A DNA stretch of 64,000 bases, from assembly GCA_041391785.1 (NCBI GenBank), contig JAWKNI010000011.1, forward strand, positions 1,330-65,329. Direction: 5' to 3'. The notes beneath the pieces are model-generated. The model saw only the letters and a program-made list of their open reading frames with translations, searched no databases and was not told where the DNA came from. The translations under genes were made by a program, and so were the position numbers. This DNA is from Flavobacteriales bacterium (GTDB lineage: Bacteria; Bacteroidota; Bacteroidia; Flavobacteriales_F; PHOS-HE28). Shown piece by piece: positions 62,679 through 64,000 of the stretch (positions within the stretch are counted from its first letter, which is position 1; each line of letters starts with the position of its first letter).

Positions 62679-63023
62679 TTACGATATTTTTCCCATCAAT
62701 TGCGCGGAAAGCATGTCCACCGGGGGGAGTACGATGGCCATGCTTTTCTCCGACACCTCCATGGGGTCCCCTTTTCCATAAAAATGAACGAGATCCTCAT
62801 GCAGGCGTTGCAGGTCGCGCAACAACTGCTGGGTCTTGGGGTCCCTGCGCTGTTCACCTGGAAGCCTGAACTTGAAATGTCTGATACTCTCGTCCAGGCG
62901 ACAGAGATGACCGTTCGCGACGGCAATGGCCACAATGGGCAGTTCGCGGGCCGTGGCGTATCTCATTTCCGAGCGGACCTGGCCGATCGACCGTGCTATA
63001 TCGTTGAACGTACTTGACATCAC
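62679..63023 (-). CDS. Hypothetical 114-aa protein between the LytTR regulator and clpV.
   Basis: ORF whose start overlaps the regulator gene's stop by 4 nt. Confidence 0.35.
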   Translation of the reverse strand: MMSSTFNDIARSIGQVRSEMRYATARELPIVAIAVANGHLCRLDESIRHFKFRLPGEQRRDPKTQQLLRDLQRLHEDLVHFYGKGDPMEVSEKSMAIVLPPVDMLSAQLMGKIS

Positions 63024-63769
63024 ACGCCCATCAACAGGGAAAATTCCTTCTTTCTGCTGCGGCCGATCGGGATCAGCTTGTCATCGGACATGATCACGTG
63101 ACCGCCCTCGGTGCGCACCAGGGATCGGATGTGCTCCAGGTTCAGTAGATAGCTCTTGTGAATGCGGAAGAAGCGGTTGTTGTTGAGGCGGGTCTCGAAG
63201 TATTTGAGGTGCTTGCTGATCAGGTGCGTGGATCCCTTGGTCTTGATCCGGGTATACTCGTTGTCGGCCTCGCAATAGATGATCTCGTTCGGTTCAACGA
63301 AGACATGCCCGTTCGTTGTGGGAAGTGCCATCTTCTCGAATACGAAATCTGTCGTCTGGGGGGGCGAGACAGACCAGGGTGCCAGAGGGCGTCCCTGCCC
63401 TTCCACCAGCCGGTTCAATGTGCGGCGGAGTTCAATAGCGTTGATCGGCTTCAGCAGGCAGTCGAACCGGCTTGATTTGATGGGCTGATGCACGTAGGCA
63501 TTTTCCTTGGCCAGGAAGATCATCTTGAAGGAGCGGACCGCAGTGATGCCCAACATTTCCCGACCCGTGAAGAAGGGCATGCCGATATCGATGAAGACCA
63601 CCTGCGGTACCTGCATTTGGATGCGTCTAATACCTTCCTTGAAACAGGTATGTTGTCCCAGCAAAGTGAACTCCTTCGAACGCCTCCGCAACTCCATGGC
63701 CAAGGCATGGTTCGACCGGTCGTCATCATCGATGACCAAGCACGAAATGGGTTTAGTACCGGGCGCCAT
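63020..63769 (-). CDS. LytTR-family response regulator (REC plus LytTR DNA-binding domain).
   Basis: 'ISCLVIDDD', 'QVVFIDIGMP', and a LytTR domain ('IYCEADNEYTRIKTKGSTHLISKHLKYFETRL'). Start at ATG 63769. Confidence 0.8.
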   Translation of the reverse strand: MAPGTKPISCLVIDDDDRSNHALAMELRRRSKEFTLLGQHTCFKEGIRRIQMQVPQVVFIDIGMPFFTGREMLGITAVRSFKMIFLAKENAYVHQPIKSSRFDCLLKPINAIELRRTLNRLVEGQGRPLAPWSVSPPQTTDFVFEKMALPTTNGHVFVEPNEIIYCEADNEYTRIKTKGSTHLISKHLKYFETRLNNNRFFRIHKSYLLNLEHIRSLVRTEGGHVIMSDDKLIPIGRSRKKEFSLLMGV

Positions 63770-64000
63770 GGATAATATTTTTCCAATGACCTGACCGAAA
63801 CGAATATAGCAGGAAGATGACAATGTGCCGTATGCAGATCCGTCAGGTACCGAACTTGAACGGTCGGTTATTGCATAGCATTCACCGGTTGCCTGGGTGC
63901 GGCCAAGCATCGTCCGTGGCCGCCTTGGAACAATGGTTGGACCAGAAGGATAATCGAATATTTACGCCGCTCAAGGGCTGCACCTGGGCCCTCGTTCATC

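Overview
The window comes from a high-GC (~60%) Bacteroidota-like chromosome. The phylum call rests on T9SS C-terminal sorting domains, 'NYQxxARD' tail-fiber-like proteins, a T6SS of the Bacteroidota type (iii) with no TssJLM, and genes that lack Shine-Dalgarno sequences. All family assignments are from reading the translations; no database search was run.

Three parts:

- Bases 1-17,000 are packed with multiply frameshifted genes: two very large tail-fiber-like surface proteins with C-terminal peptidase-S74 intramolecular-chaperone domains, two sensor-kinase plus LuxR-type response-regulator pairs, a T9SS cargo protein, and a 21-bp tandem-repeat array upstream of a frameshifted hypothetical gene. 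Each gene carries several indels. This is either a decayed island or a locally poor assembly.
- Bases 17,500-28,400 are intact housekeeping and accessory genes: an arsR-arsM-arsC-ACR3 arsenic operon, a Crp/Fnr regulator, LptF/G, tgt, a GT2 glycosyltransferase, an ECF sigma factor, rsmG and an MsbA-like ABC exporter.
- Bases 29,900-63,800 are a complete T6SS(iii) locus on the minus strand: clpV, tssB, tssC, vgrG, tssE, tssF, tssG, a TssN-like membrane protein, tssK and hcp. Downstream of hcp sit an M23-peptidase candidate effector and other hypothetical cargo. At the low-coordinate end are two PAAR/DUF4123 adaptor modules. A LytTR response regulator lies next to clpV.

Embedded in the T6SS locus is a nine-gene plus-strand cluster (34.1-47.3 kb) that I cannot assign to a known system. 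It has two single-TM proteins, a T9SS-sorted Ig-repeat protein, an outer-membrane-like protein whose paralog lies nearby at 31.7 kb, two tandem ~850-aa secreted vWA-like paralogs, and an ABC ATPase/FtsX permease/lipoprotein unit. These may be the Bacteroidota-specific TssO/P/Q/R equivalents or a new envelope module. This cluster is the most interesting target in the window.
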